DNA of 64,000 bases from Octopus vulgaris (Eukaryota). How positions within the stretch are numbered: position 1 is the stretch's first letter; every line of letters starts with the position of its first letter. The stretch is taken from positions 106,082,001 through 106,146,000 of the forward strand of contig OX597814.1 of assembly GCA_951406725.2 (NCBI GenBank). Reading direction: 5' to 3'. Position numbers and translations under genes: made by a program. Of the stretch, positions 13,286-24,133 are shown piece by piece. The notes beneath the pieces are model-generated. The model was not told the DNA's origin and searched no databases. It worked only from the letters and a program-made list of their open reading frames with translations.

Positions 13286-13857
13286 CATTATTATTATTAT
13301 TATTGTTGTTGTTGTTGTTGTTGTTGTTGTTATTATTATTTTGGTCTCCGTTTATGTAAAGGCTGAAGAGGGAAACGATCCTAAATTAGTGACTTAAGAG
13401 ACCTTACTAATGACATTTAATGGGCTGAAGAGGGACCGTCAGTCAAAATATATTGATTCTGTTTACCAGGAAAATCAAAAACTTAATCCAGTGAATTAGT
13501 TTTCATTGAAATCCAATGCCGTATTTTCTGTCAAAGGCTGTTGCAGCCAATTGTTTTACATCTGTATTAGAAGCTTCTTCCAAATCAATTAAAATGTCAT
13601 CAAAGCGATCCGAAGCCATTTAGAAGATTATTGTTCGCCAGGACGTCAGCCATTTTTCATCTTATCCGCCACCTATCTAATATGGAAGTTAAGATCAACC
13701 AATAATTTACTGCAAGCGAAGTATTTCCCCTTTTGAAAAGAGAGATGACAGGGAGCTTTAGAAAGGTATGGGTCCTGTATCTGGCGATTATCGCCAAAGA
13801 GATTAATTAAAGGAGTAATAATTAAAGGAAAAGTAATATTGGCGCAAGTGTGTCTAT

Positions 13858-14205
13858 AGGTGCAGGTGTAGCTGTGGGATAAGAAGTTTGCGTCCCAACC
13901 ACAGGGTCTCGGGTTCAGTCCTGCCGCATGGTACACTGGGTGTCTTCTACCGCAACCTCGGGCCGACTAAAGACTTGTGAATGGATTTCGTAGTGTGTGT
14001 GTCTGTGTGTGTGACCACCGCTTTACAACCGGTGTTAGTGTGTTTACGCCCCCATAACTTTGCGGCCCGGTAAAAGAGACCGATAGAATGAGTATCAGCC
14101 TTTACAAATAATAAGTCCTAGGGTTGATTTGCTCGACTAAAAATTCTTCAAGGCGGTGCTCCGGCATGGCTGAAACAAGCAAATGATAAACGAAAACAGA
14201 TAAAA
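13858..14205 (+). mobile_element. SINE family S2
   Basis: tRNA-like head with gggttcagtcc, internal TG repeat and tail ggcggtgctccggcatggctgaaacaag. Confidence 0.8.
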
Positions 14206-14436
14206 GATCGATATTTGAGGACGCGAGCCGGAAATTTAGCCGAGACTATTTCTGGATAGAGTTGAATTGTGTTTGTTGTTACTATGATGTCGTATCGAGA
14301 CTTATGCCAGGGTGGACAAATTCGGGGCTGTCTCTACTGATACGGTATAAGGTAACGTCTGCAGGATGACTGAAGACGGTTGCATTTTGGTTTGAAATGA
14401 ATCGTCCTCCTTGCTTTGGAATTATTGTAAACCTAT

Positions 14437-14835
14437 AAGGCGGCGAGCTGACAGAATCGTTAGCGCGCTGGACGAAATGCTTAGCAGTATTTCGTCTGCC
14501 GTTATGTTCTGAGTTCAAATTCCGCTGAGATCGACTTTGCTTTTCATCCTTTCGGGGTCGATTAAATAAGTACCAGTTACGAACTGGGGTCGATGTAATC
14601 GACTTACTCCGTTTGTCTGTCCTTGTTTGTCCTCTCTGTGTTTAGCCCATTGTGAATAGTAAAGAAATAGGTATTTCGCCCGTCGTTATGTTCTGAGTTC
14701 AAATTCCGCCGAGGTCGACTTTGCCTTTCATCCATTCGGGGTCGATAAATTAAGTTCCAGTTGCCTACTGGAGTCGATCTAATCTACTGGCCCCCTCCCC
14801 CGAAATTTCGGGCTTTTGCGCCTAGAGTAGAAAAG
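14437..14835 (+). mobile_element. SINE family S1 (dimeric form)
   Basis: aaggcggcgagctgacagaatcgttagc...gagttcaaattccg...tcatcctttcggggtcga, with the core present twice. Confidence 0.85.
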
Positions 14836-15374
14836 ATTATTGTAGAACTATAGAGGAGACATAAGTGTAATAGACTTTTGGTAAATTATACAATTTGGGT
14901 TCCATTTCTGGTTCCGTTTTTGTCATTGGTCCTTTGGCTGTTGATCATTCTTTTATTGATGCCATAAACACGATTTTTTCCCGATTCTCTCTTTGTTATT
15001 TCGGTAGATTGTGGGCGCCGCTGGTTCTCGCAGTTTGTAGTTAATTAATTAATTTTTTTTCAATGATGGGCTTTTACGCTTTTGCAAACCTGCCTCTGTT
15101 TTTCGTTTGGTGTGTATTTTGAGCATTTAGTAGTTAGAAGCATCTTCAAGTCAGTGTAATATCTCTAGCTGTGTGTGTGCGTGTGTGTGTGGACCAATCT
15201 ACCAGTGATAATTGAGCTATAATTAGTCCCTAGTGTGCTCTATGTAGATCGATATATTCAAATATATTATGATTGGTTTTGGATTGAAATAGGAGAAAGT
15301 AAGATGGCAGGGTACCGCATCGTAGTCTATGGAAAGAGCTTTCTCAATTGTGATATTAGGATATGTGATTGTTG

Positions 15375-15753
15375 CTGTTGCTGTTGAGCGAACGGTCTTC
15401 GTCCCAGAGCTGGCAAGATGGGAGAAGTCCGAAACGTGGTCCTTTTGCTATTCGTAAGACCCGCCGAAGAGAAAGCAGGTCAACCCCCGACACCGAGAGC
15501 ATCGACGTATGGATGAATGCGCATCCAGGCTCAGCGGTTGCGTAGGAAGTCGGGGACAAGAAACAGGAAGAAAGAGTGAGAGATAGTTGGAGCGAAAGAG
15601 TACAACAGGGGTCGCCACCACCCTCTGCCGGAGACTCGTGGAGCTTTAGGTGTTTTCACTCAATAAACACACACAACGCCCGATCTGGGAATCGAAACTG
15701 CGATCCTCCGACCGCGAGTCCGCTGCCCTAACTACTGGGCCATTGCGCTTCCA
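15375..15753 (-). mobile_element. tRNA-derived SINE family S3
   Basis: Reverse complement head ggaagcgcaatggcccagtagttagggcagcggactcgcgg...gtttcgattccc. Homologous to 21680-21962. Confidence 0.8.
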
Positions 15754-18147
15754 CTGTGGTTGTTGCTGAACACCAGGTACAAAATGCATTCATCGTCGTT
15801 TTGTCTTACGCACGAAAGAACCAGAACACATTCCTCCATTAAATTATACAATATCAACCAATCAGCTTTGTTTACAATGAAGATGCAACGACCAGGTTTC
15901 AAAGTATTCTGTGTCAAATCCCTGATGGAAGGTTCGAATCATTCTTCTTTAATATGTTTCCAAAATTGCATTTTTCAGCGGAAGTGCCTGATTTATATCC
16001 GAGGCTTTCTTGAAGCACATTAGCTTTGTTGTGTACAGATACGGATTTCCCGTAGCAATTGCAAATGGCCACTTTTCTTGTTTTTCTTTTCGGCCTGCGC
16101 TTTCTGAATGCTGGTTACGTGTGTACCTCAGCATCAAAGCGGGAGTTATTGAGTTGAAGCTTGGTTAAGATGGAGAAACGAATTAGATGTGTTTGTTCAA
16201 CAATCTAACATTCTATATATGGAATCTTCCCTGTTTGCGCATCGATGGATGGCTTGGTGCTTTGTGCATTTAGTAGACATTTGGAAGCGAAGGTGTTTGA
16301 TTGTGCCGTTTGAAGCCTTTGTATTGAGTCCATTATTGTTGGATGGAAGGTCACAGAGGAGTCAGTGGTGGATGTCAGGGTTGGCTTGCCTATGAATTTT
16401 TTCATTATGTCAAGTCTAAAGAATAGTTTCTTTTTTTATCTTTCCTCTATGGTTGATCTGAATAGTTTACGTAAGCTGGCACTAACAGACATCCACACAG
16501 ATACACGCACATAAACATGCACGCACACGCACGCACACACACATTCGCATACACACATAGACACGTACACAAACAAGTAGTCACAGATATGCACAGACAC
16601 ACACTCACATGTAGACATGCACTCATATACACACACGCACAGGCTCACGTGAAGACAAATACATAACAATACATTCATAAGCGTATGTATTTGTGTGCAT
16701 CCATAAATACATACGTACATGTACGTATATAGATGTATATACACATATATGAAGACGCACACATCGAACATACACATACATGCACATACATACATACATA
16801 TAAACATACATATATACATACAAACATAGAAACATACATACATACACACATACCATACATACATACATACCATACATACATACATACCATACATACATAC
16901 ATACATACATAAATACATACATACATACATACATACATACATACATACATACATACATACATACATACATGCATGCATGCATGCATACATACATACATGC
17001 ATACATACATACATACATACATACATACATACACACACACATACATACATACATACATACATACATACATACATACATACAAACATGCTCACATACACAC
17101 ACATGCATAGCATAACCTGTGCGCACACATACATAAATGCATGGAGGTTTTCTTAAAGTACTGAAGAATCCGACGGAAGAATTCGGATCGATTGGTTCGT
17201 TGCTAATAATGACATCAAATCTTTACCATTGCTCGCAGCATTTACAGGAATATATGATAAGGAATGTTCGCATTGAAGTTTCAAATAGATAATGATTTCT
17301 AAAAGCGGAATAAACTGAATATTTTCGCAGCGCAAAGCGTAAACGGTTCACATAGAAAGAGCGAACCTTTGAAGTCTATTACGTAATAGAGAGAGAGAGA
17401 TAAAGATAACGAGCTGAAGATGACTGCCGTCTGAATAATTGGCAAACGTATGAGAAAGTTTGATTCCTTTTACAGAATCGAGAAGTAGTCCATAGATTAT
17501 AAGAAACAGTGTAGATCTGCTGGAAGTAGGTCTGGGACGGAGGAATTTTGGAATGTCAAAGAAAGTAGCTTATCTGATAAAACGATAACACTTCCTCGTA
17601 TAGAGAGATATCATAGAAACTTGAGATCAAAGTTTGATTTACAGTTCTAAAGGAAGTATTATTTCTATACAGTGTGAAATATTGTTACAAGGGAACAGAA
17701 ATGAATATATCTCTTCCGGACGACGTTGAATATCGTCCATGTTTAGAAGCAGTTCACAACATTTGCTTCCATATTTATATTTATTTGCTTCTGTATTTAT
17801 TTTTGTTTTTCGATATTGATTTATTCGCTAGTTGTTAGTTACTAACTGAGAGTTCGATATTTCGTTACTCCGAGTACAAACCACCACAGATACTCCTCCA
17901 AAGCAACACATTGTTGCAAGTTTTGTAATACCAGCTTACCGGTATCAACATATTATCCGCCAACACATTCCGATATATTTCACAGAAATGGTGCATCTAT
18001 ACACATATATAAATACACTCTTGCGTACACACATGCGTATATATATACATATATATGTATGTATATATATGTACATACATATATATATACACACATACAT
18101 ACATACATACATACATACATACATACATACATACATACATACATACA

Positions 18148-18180
<33 letters not shown>

Positions 18181-18182
18181 GC

Positions 18183-18320
18183 ATTCTTTCTGTCGCAGAG
18201 CGTAGGCTCGAAACGTAAAAGACTTTCTCACTTCCCGAGCGTTAAACTAATACATCTGTTTGTTGTTTACACATCCGTCTTCGTCTTTTATTGTTGTTTT
18301 TTTTTTGTAAATTCTCACCA
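18183..18320 (+). mobile_element. PLE-type 3' end family P3 with variant HHR at 18186-18221
   Basis: cttt-ctgtcgca-gagc gtag gctc-GAAAC GTA-aaag. Embedded in (TACA)n/(TA)n. Confidence 0.6.
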
Positions 18321-18387
18321 CATATGTATGTATATATATATATATATATACACACACACAAATATATATATATACATATATATATAC

Positions 18388-18471
<84 letters not shown>

Positions 18472-18746
18472 ATGTATGTATGTATATTATTGGCGTCATC
18501 AGAATTCATAAACTTTTGAGAGAACGCAAAGTAATTCTGATTTGGAACAGTGGATCTCAAAGCACATAAAGTAATAAATAAGACTATATAACTACTCTTT
18601 TGGAAATCCCTTTGGATAGAAAACGTCAAAGGCTGCCGTAGGGCTCGAACCCACGTCTTCTATAGAGTTCCCACGTTGCAGAAAAAAAAATTATTATTTC
18701 ACGTTCTCTCGTAAGTTTATAAAGTTCTTATGAGATCAACAAAATA

Positions 18747-19313
18747 TAGGGTTGTCCGGAAAGTTCGTGCCGATTTTTAAAGGAAAGAAAAAGGTCAATA
18801 AATACTTGCCATTACATTTTTAATCAACCAAATATGAAACATTTTGTTGTACAATGCGTCTCCATCTTTCCTTTAACTTGAAAATACTCTTTTCCCAGAA
18901 TTGAGGTGGCTTCATCACAAAGAATTCATCAAGGTATCTTTTTATATCAGCCAATGAATTGAAATTTTTACAATTAAAACTGTTCTGCAGAGACCTGAAT
19001 AAGTGAAAATCCAAAGGAGCAATATCTGGGAAATAGGGAGGGTGGGGGTAACACATCCCAGCCGAGCTGCAGCAATTATTGTCTGGTTCCCAAAGCACCA
19101 AGTACCGAAAATAAACTTTCTCATCTTTTATTTTAAAGGGTTAAAGAATTAACATAGGTTATAGGAACATAAACCTTCTTCCACGAAAAGATAGCTTAAA
19201 CTCTGCTCTAAATGAAGGTGTAGTCAAATCCTATTTTATGGACTCAACCATGTTCTAAAATAAGTCGAAAGTTAAGCTACTATAAATCGGCACGAACTTT
19301 CCGGACAACCCAA
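18747..19313 (-). mobile_element. Internally deleted mariner with both TIRs and TA target-site duplication
   Basis: TIR gggttgtccggaaagttcgtgccgattt is inverted at both ends with TA flanks. ORF 18820-19101 has HPPYFPDIAPLDFHLFRSL (YSPDLAP motif). Confidence 0.92.
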
Positions 19314-19563
19314 TACATCCCTAGCTGATAAGAATGAATTTTGTCAAATGAAGAGAGAAATTCGAAGGATTGCTTTGGCCCAATAACAGAACGCCTTTCA
19401 GGTCCACAGGAGACGCGTCTTTCAGCCCCCAAGGAGAGCCCTTAACATTTTGTATCTGAACAGCTTTTTCAACTCAATATTTACATGCCATTATTTACAA
19501 TTTTTTATGATTCGACATCCAATATTTCAAACAAGAATTGCACACACACACGCGCGCGCGCAC

Positions 19564-19623
<60 letters not shown>

Positions 19624-19738
19624 ACACACATACACACATACACACTCAAAAAGACACACAAATACACACACTCGCATATATATATATATATATATATGCT
19701 AAGTACTGTTGTCTTCTGTTTGTACACATACCTGTCCA

Positions 19739-19773
<35 letters not shown>

Positions 19774-20290
19774 AACAATCAAGGAACGGCCATAATAGGC
19801 CGTTCACCCACTAGAAATAACAGCCACAGCTTCAACCGCAAATAAAAGTTAATTCTGTAAACCAGGAGAAAATTTAAAAAACATTTACCCTGTAATTTCT
19901 TATACGGTATACCGTTTCATCTGCTGATTAATGGTAAACTAACCTGATTAAATTAAATCAAGCCAATCTTCCTTGATTGTTTGATGTTGATTCCTTGATT
20001 GTTTGAGATTCCTTGATTGTTTGATGTTGAACTTAAAAATGGTATATGACTATTTAAATTTTTTCCTACTAGGCCGCTGGTGGCAAAAGAATTCTACAAA
20101 ATTTTTTTGCCACCCTATATTGATTAATTAATTATGAATTTTCTGGTTAATTCCGTAATGGAATCGACGGCTTATATTTATTTGCTGCCGATAAATTTGG
20201 CGCGAGTGCGACGATTTGAAAATTTTAGGTCAGATATAAACTTGGCAAGGTCGGAAATGCCTCGTGAAAATATCTGCTCCGTCTTGGGCT

Positions 20291-20397
20291 ATTTCTTACT
20301 GAAGATTCTGAGGGCCTGTGGAAGATTGGCTTGATTTAATTTAATCAGGTTAGTTTACCATTAATCAGCAGATGAAACGGTATACCGTATAAGAAAT
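20291..20397 (+). ncRNA. Type I hammerhead ribozyme, unit 1
   Basis: atttctta-CTGAAGA-long stem II-GAAA-cggtataccg-TA-taagaaat. Perfect 8-bp stem I; predicted cleavage after 20389. Confidence 0.88.
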
Positions 20398-20786
20398 TAC
20401 AGGGTAAATGTTTTTAAATTTTCTCCTGGTTTACAGAATTAACTTTTATTTGCAGTTGAAGCTTTGGCTGTTATTTCTAGTGGGTGAACGGCCTATTATG
20501 GCCGTTCTTTGATTGTTTGATGTTGAACTTAAAAATGGTCTATGACTATTTAAATTTTTTCCTACTAGGCCGCTGGTGGCAAAAGAATTCTACAAAATTT
20601 TTTTGCCACCCTATATTGATTAATTAATTATGAATTTTCTGGTTAATTCCGTAATGGAATCGACGGCTTATATTTATTTGCTGCCGATAAATTTGGCGCG
20701 AGTGCGACGATTTGAAAATTTTAGGTCAGATATAAACTTGGCAAGGTCGGAAATGCCTCGTGAAAATATCTGCTCCGTCTTGGGCT

Positions 20787-20893
20787 ATTTCTTACTGAAG
20801 ATTCTGAAGGCCTGTGGAAGATTGGCTTGATTTAATTTAATCAGGTTAGTTTACCATTAATCAGCAGATGAAACGGTATACCGTATAAGAAAT
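20787..20893 (+). ncRNA. Type I hammerhead ribozyme, unit 2
   Basis: Same motif as unit 1, offset by 496. Confidence 0.88.
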
Positions 20894-21283
20894 TACAGGG
20901 TAAATGTTTTTTAAATTTTCTCCTGGTTTACAGAATTAACTTTTATTTGCGGTTGAAGCTTTGGCTGTTATTTCTAGTGGGTGAACGGCCTATTATGGCC
21001 GTTCCTTGATTGTTTGATGTTGAACTTAAAAATGGTCTATGACTATTTAAATTTTTTCCTACTAGGCCGCTGGTGGCAAAAGAATTCTACAAAATTTTTT
21101 TGCCACCCTATATTGATTAATTAATTATGAATTTTCTGGTTAATTCCGTAATGGAATCGACGGCTTATATTTATTTGCTGCCGATAAATTTGGCGCGAGT
21201 GCGACGATTTGAAAATTTTAGGTCAGATATAAACTTGGCAAGGTCGGAAATGCCTCGTGAAAATATCTGCTCCGTCTTGGGCT

Positions 21284-21390
21284 ATTTCTTACTGAAGATT
21301 CTGAGGGCCTGTGGAAGATTGGCTTGATTTAATTTAATCAGGTTAGTTTACCATTAATCAGCAGATGAAACGGTATACCGTATAAGAAAT
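21284..21390 (+). ncRNA. Type I hammerhead ribozyme, unit 3
   Basis: Same motif as unit 2, offset by 497. Confidence 0.88.
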
Positions 21391-21601
21391 TACAGGGTAA
21401 ATGTTTTTTAAATTTTCTCCTGGTTTACAGAATTAACTTTTATTTGCGGTTGAAGCTTTGGCTGTTATTTCTAGTGGGTGAACGGCCTATTATGGCCGTT
21501 CCTTGATTGTTTGATGTTGAACTTAAAAATGGTCTATGACTATTTAAATTTTTTCCTACTAGGCCGCTGGTGGCAAAAGAATTCTACAAAATTTTTTTGC
21601 C

Positions 21602-21679
<78 letters not shown>

Positions 21680-21681
<2 letters not shown>

Positions 21682-21960
21682 GTTAGGGCAGCGGACTTGC
21701 GGTCGTAGGATCGCGGTTTCGATTCCCAGAACGGGCGTTGTGTGTGTTTATTGAGCGAAAACACCTAAATCTCCACGATGCTCCGGCAGGGGCTGGTGGT
21801 GACCCATGTTGTACTCTTTCGCCCCAACTTTCTCTAACTCTTTCTTCCTGTTTCTTGAGTAATGCTGCTATGGCGTCCCGTCCAGCTGTGGGGAACACAT
21901 ATGACATATACACCGGGAAACCGGGCCCATGAGCCTGACTAGGCTTGAAAAGGGCGCATA

Positions 21961-21962
<2 letters not shown>
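21680..21962 (+). mobile_element. SINE family S3
   Basis: ggttagggcagcggacttgcggtcgtaggatcgcggtttcgattccc. Homologous to 15375-15753. Confidence 0.8.
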
Positions 21963-22007
<45 letters not shown>

Positions 22008-22026
22008 CATCTGCACATACATATAT

Positions 22027-22635
22027 AAGAAACAAGATGGCAGTGGAATAAGCGATTATCTTAGGTACTTCATTAACTTACAGCTGTTTCTGCTGAAGGT
22101 GGTGTGTACTCGTACTTGAGTGCCTAAGCAACACCTTACAGTTTCATCAGAACCTCAAACTTTAAGTACCGTATATTTGAGGAAATAAATACATTTAAGC
22201 ACACATACAGGAAAGTATTGCTGATGAGAATACAGGGGCCACTATCATAACTAGAATAGCATTAATTCTAAGGAGTGTACACTGATGGGTATGCACATCT
22301 GTGTGTTGAAACGGAAGGCAAACAGAGGTTTGGAAGTTAAAAGTATTTATTAACAAGGGTTACTTAAATGAAGGAAAATTGTAAGGTAAGGAAGTAATTG
22401 TAAGGTAATGAAGTGAATTTATAAATATTGTCTGAAAATGTTTTTTGTTCGACTCAGTGTTCCAATAAAACATTTAATATTTAATGCAGTCAGTAGTCTT
22501 TTAGGAATATTGTTTAGAATCTTCTACAAGGACATGACACAAGTGTATCCCCATTTTTTTCTTTCTTTGTATTTTAGAGTTCGTCCTTAAAATATATACC
22601 GCGTTTGCGCTTTCGAAACATGATGCTAGAATTAG
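22027..22635 (-). mobile_element. Old PLE 3' fragment with HHR at 22075-22154
   Basis: Reverse complement reads ggtt-CTGATGA-(ctg/cag, aaggtg/cacctt)-GAAA-cagctg-TA-agtt. Abuts (TA)n. Confidence 0.6.
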
Positions 22636-22749
22636 TGAATAGATATAGACACAAAATACACAGCAAGGTAGTGCTCCAGCATGACCGCAGTGCAATTACT
22701 GAAACAAGTAAAAGATAAAAGATCTGGTGATGGAGAAGCAGAGAGAGGA

Positions 22750-22797
<48 letters not shown>

Positions 22798-23755
22798 AAG
22801 AGTGAAAGTAGCGAGAAAGATAAGAGAGAGATGATAATCACCTAAGAATCGTTGTTGTTATTTAGTTCGGAATAGTGTTTAATCTGGTTTTTGATTTATT
22901 TCACAAACCAACGTACGATGTGATCTTCCACCTCATTTCTCGAATAGCGTTTAATGAAGATTCAACATGAATTATCGCAGAACAACAAGGTCAGCAACAA
23001 TAATAACTAGAAAACTACAACAAGAACAATATAAAAAGGTTCTAAATTGCTCTGCTTTAAAATTTGCTTTATAATTTATAGCAATGCGGCAAATTACCTT
23101 TGAATGGAGTCGAGTAAAGCTTTGCGACGTTATTAATATTTTGCCGGCGCCATTATTGTTTAATAACTGAATGTTTTCCACTAATATTTCAACTCATTAA
23201 GGTGACAAATAATGAAACAATGAAATGTTATATTAATGACATTTATTAATAAGGATAATTATGGAAGGCGATACTGGGGAGTAGAATCGATGGAGAGGCG
23301 AATGCAGTGATTTCTGTTCCTTATTTACGTTCTAAGTTCAAATTCTGTCACATTTGAATTTGTCTTTCCTAATTACGGGGTCTATAGAATTAGTATCTGT
23401 GACATTTTGAGCTTACGAGTAACCATTTATGACCTTCACCTAAAATATCTTGTCGTCTGCTAATGTTCGAAATCAGTAATTGCTGAGAACGCTGCTTGGC
23501 AGAATCTGTTGTGCATCCTTCTATCTTCTGTTAGATTCGCCGAGGTAGGCTCTCTTTTTGCTCGTACCTGAATCGATGAAAATATGCCCGTCATATACTG
23601 GGGTTAAAATGTGATCCATTGAACCGCTGCTCTTCAGTAACATATATGGTCGGCCTGTGCTTATCTGAGAAATATCATTGAGATATGTTGTGGGTATATC
23701 GTTACACGTGGTTGTCTGGGACGCATTGGAATATAACTTTGCGGTCTTCGTTTAA

Positions 23756-23990
23756 AGGCGGCGAGTTGGCAGAAACGTTAGCACGCCGAGCGAAATGCTT
23801 AGCGGTATTTCGTCTGCCGATACGTTGTGAGTTCAAATTCTGCCGTGGTCGGCTTTGCCTTTCATCCTTTCGGGGTCGATTAAATAAGTACCAGTTACGC
23901 ACTGGGGTCGATGTAATCGACTTAATCCGTTTGTCTGTCCTTGTTTGTCCCCTCTGTGTTTAGACCCTTATGGGTAGTAATGAAATAGGT
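23756..23990 (+). mobile_element. SINE family S1
   Basis: aaggcggcgagttggcagaaacgttagcacgccg... plus conserved core. Older degenerate copies at ~23260-23640. Confidence 0.85.
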
Positions 23991-24133
23991 TTTCGTTTAT
24001 GGAGTCAATACAAATTTGTTGAGATATATCTAGGATGTAAACTGATGTCACCTGCTTCCGAGGGTTGGGGAGACACGAAGGGTGATGTCCTCTACATAGG
24101 TGTGAGCGTGGTTAGTCTCAATTTCATTAGCTC

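Larger units (their letters stand above)
19770..21605 (+). mobile_element. Retrozyme-like tandem array: inverted ~200-bp piece + partial unit + three 496/497-bp HHR-bearing units, inserted in (TA)n
   Basis: Units start at 20121, 20617 and 21114 and differ at only a few positions. 19770-19971 is the reverse complement of the unit interior. Confidence 0.85.

Noticed and set aside
15770-16405. Possible old LINE ORF2 remnant (IQRLQTAQSN...)
   Set aside because: Similarity is too short and degraded to support without a search.
18628-18660. tRNA-like T-arm (reverse complement gtgggttcgagccctac), and the tRNA-like SINE heads elsewhere
   Set aside because: No full cloverleaf; these are SINE-derived or remnant sequences.
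20134-21327. 66-aa ORF repeated three times
   Set aside because: It is repeated only because the unit is repeated, has no recognisable motif, and overlaps the ribozyme. Translation is not excluded but is unsupported.
19770-21605. CRISPR-like or DNA-transposon interpretation of the array (caccctata resembles a Tc1-type end)
   Set aside because: There are no unique spacers and no matching opposite TIR. The HHR and the inversion fit an RNA-mediated element better.
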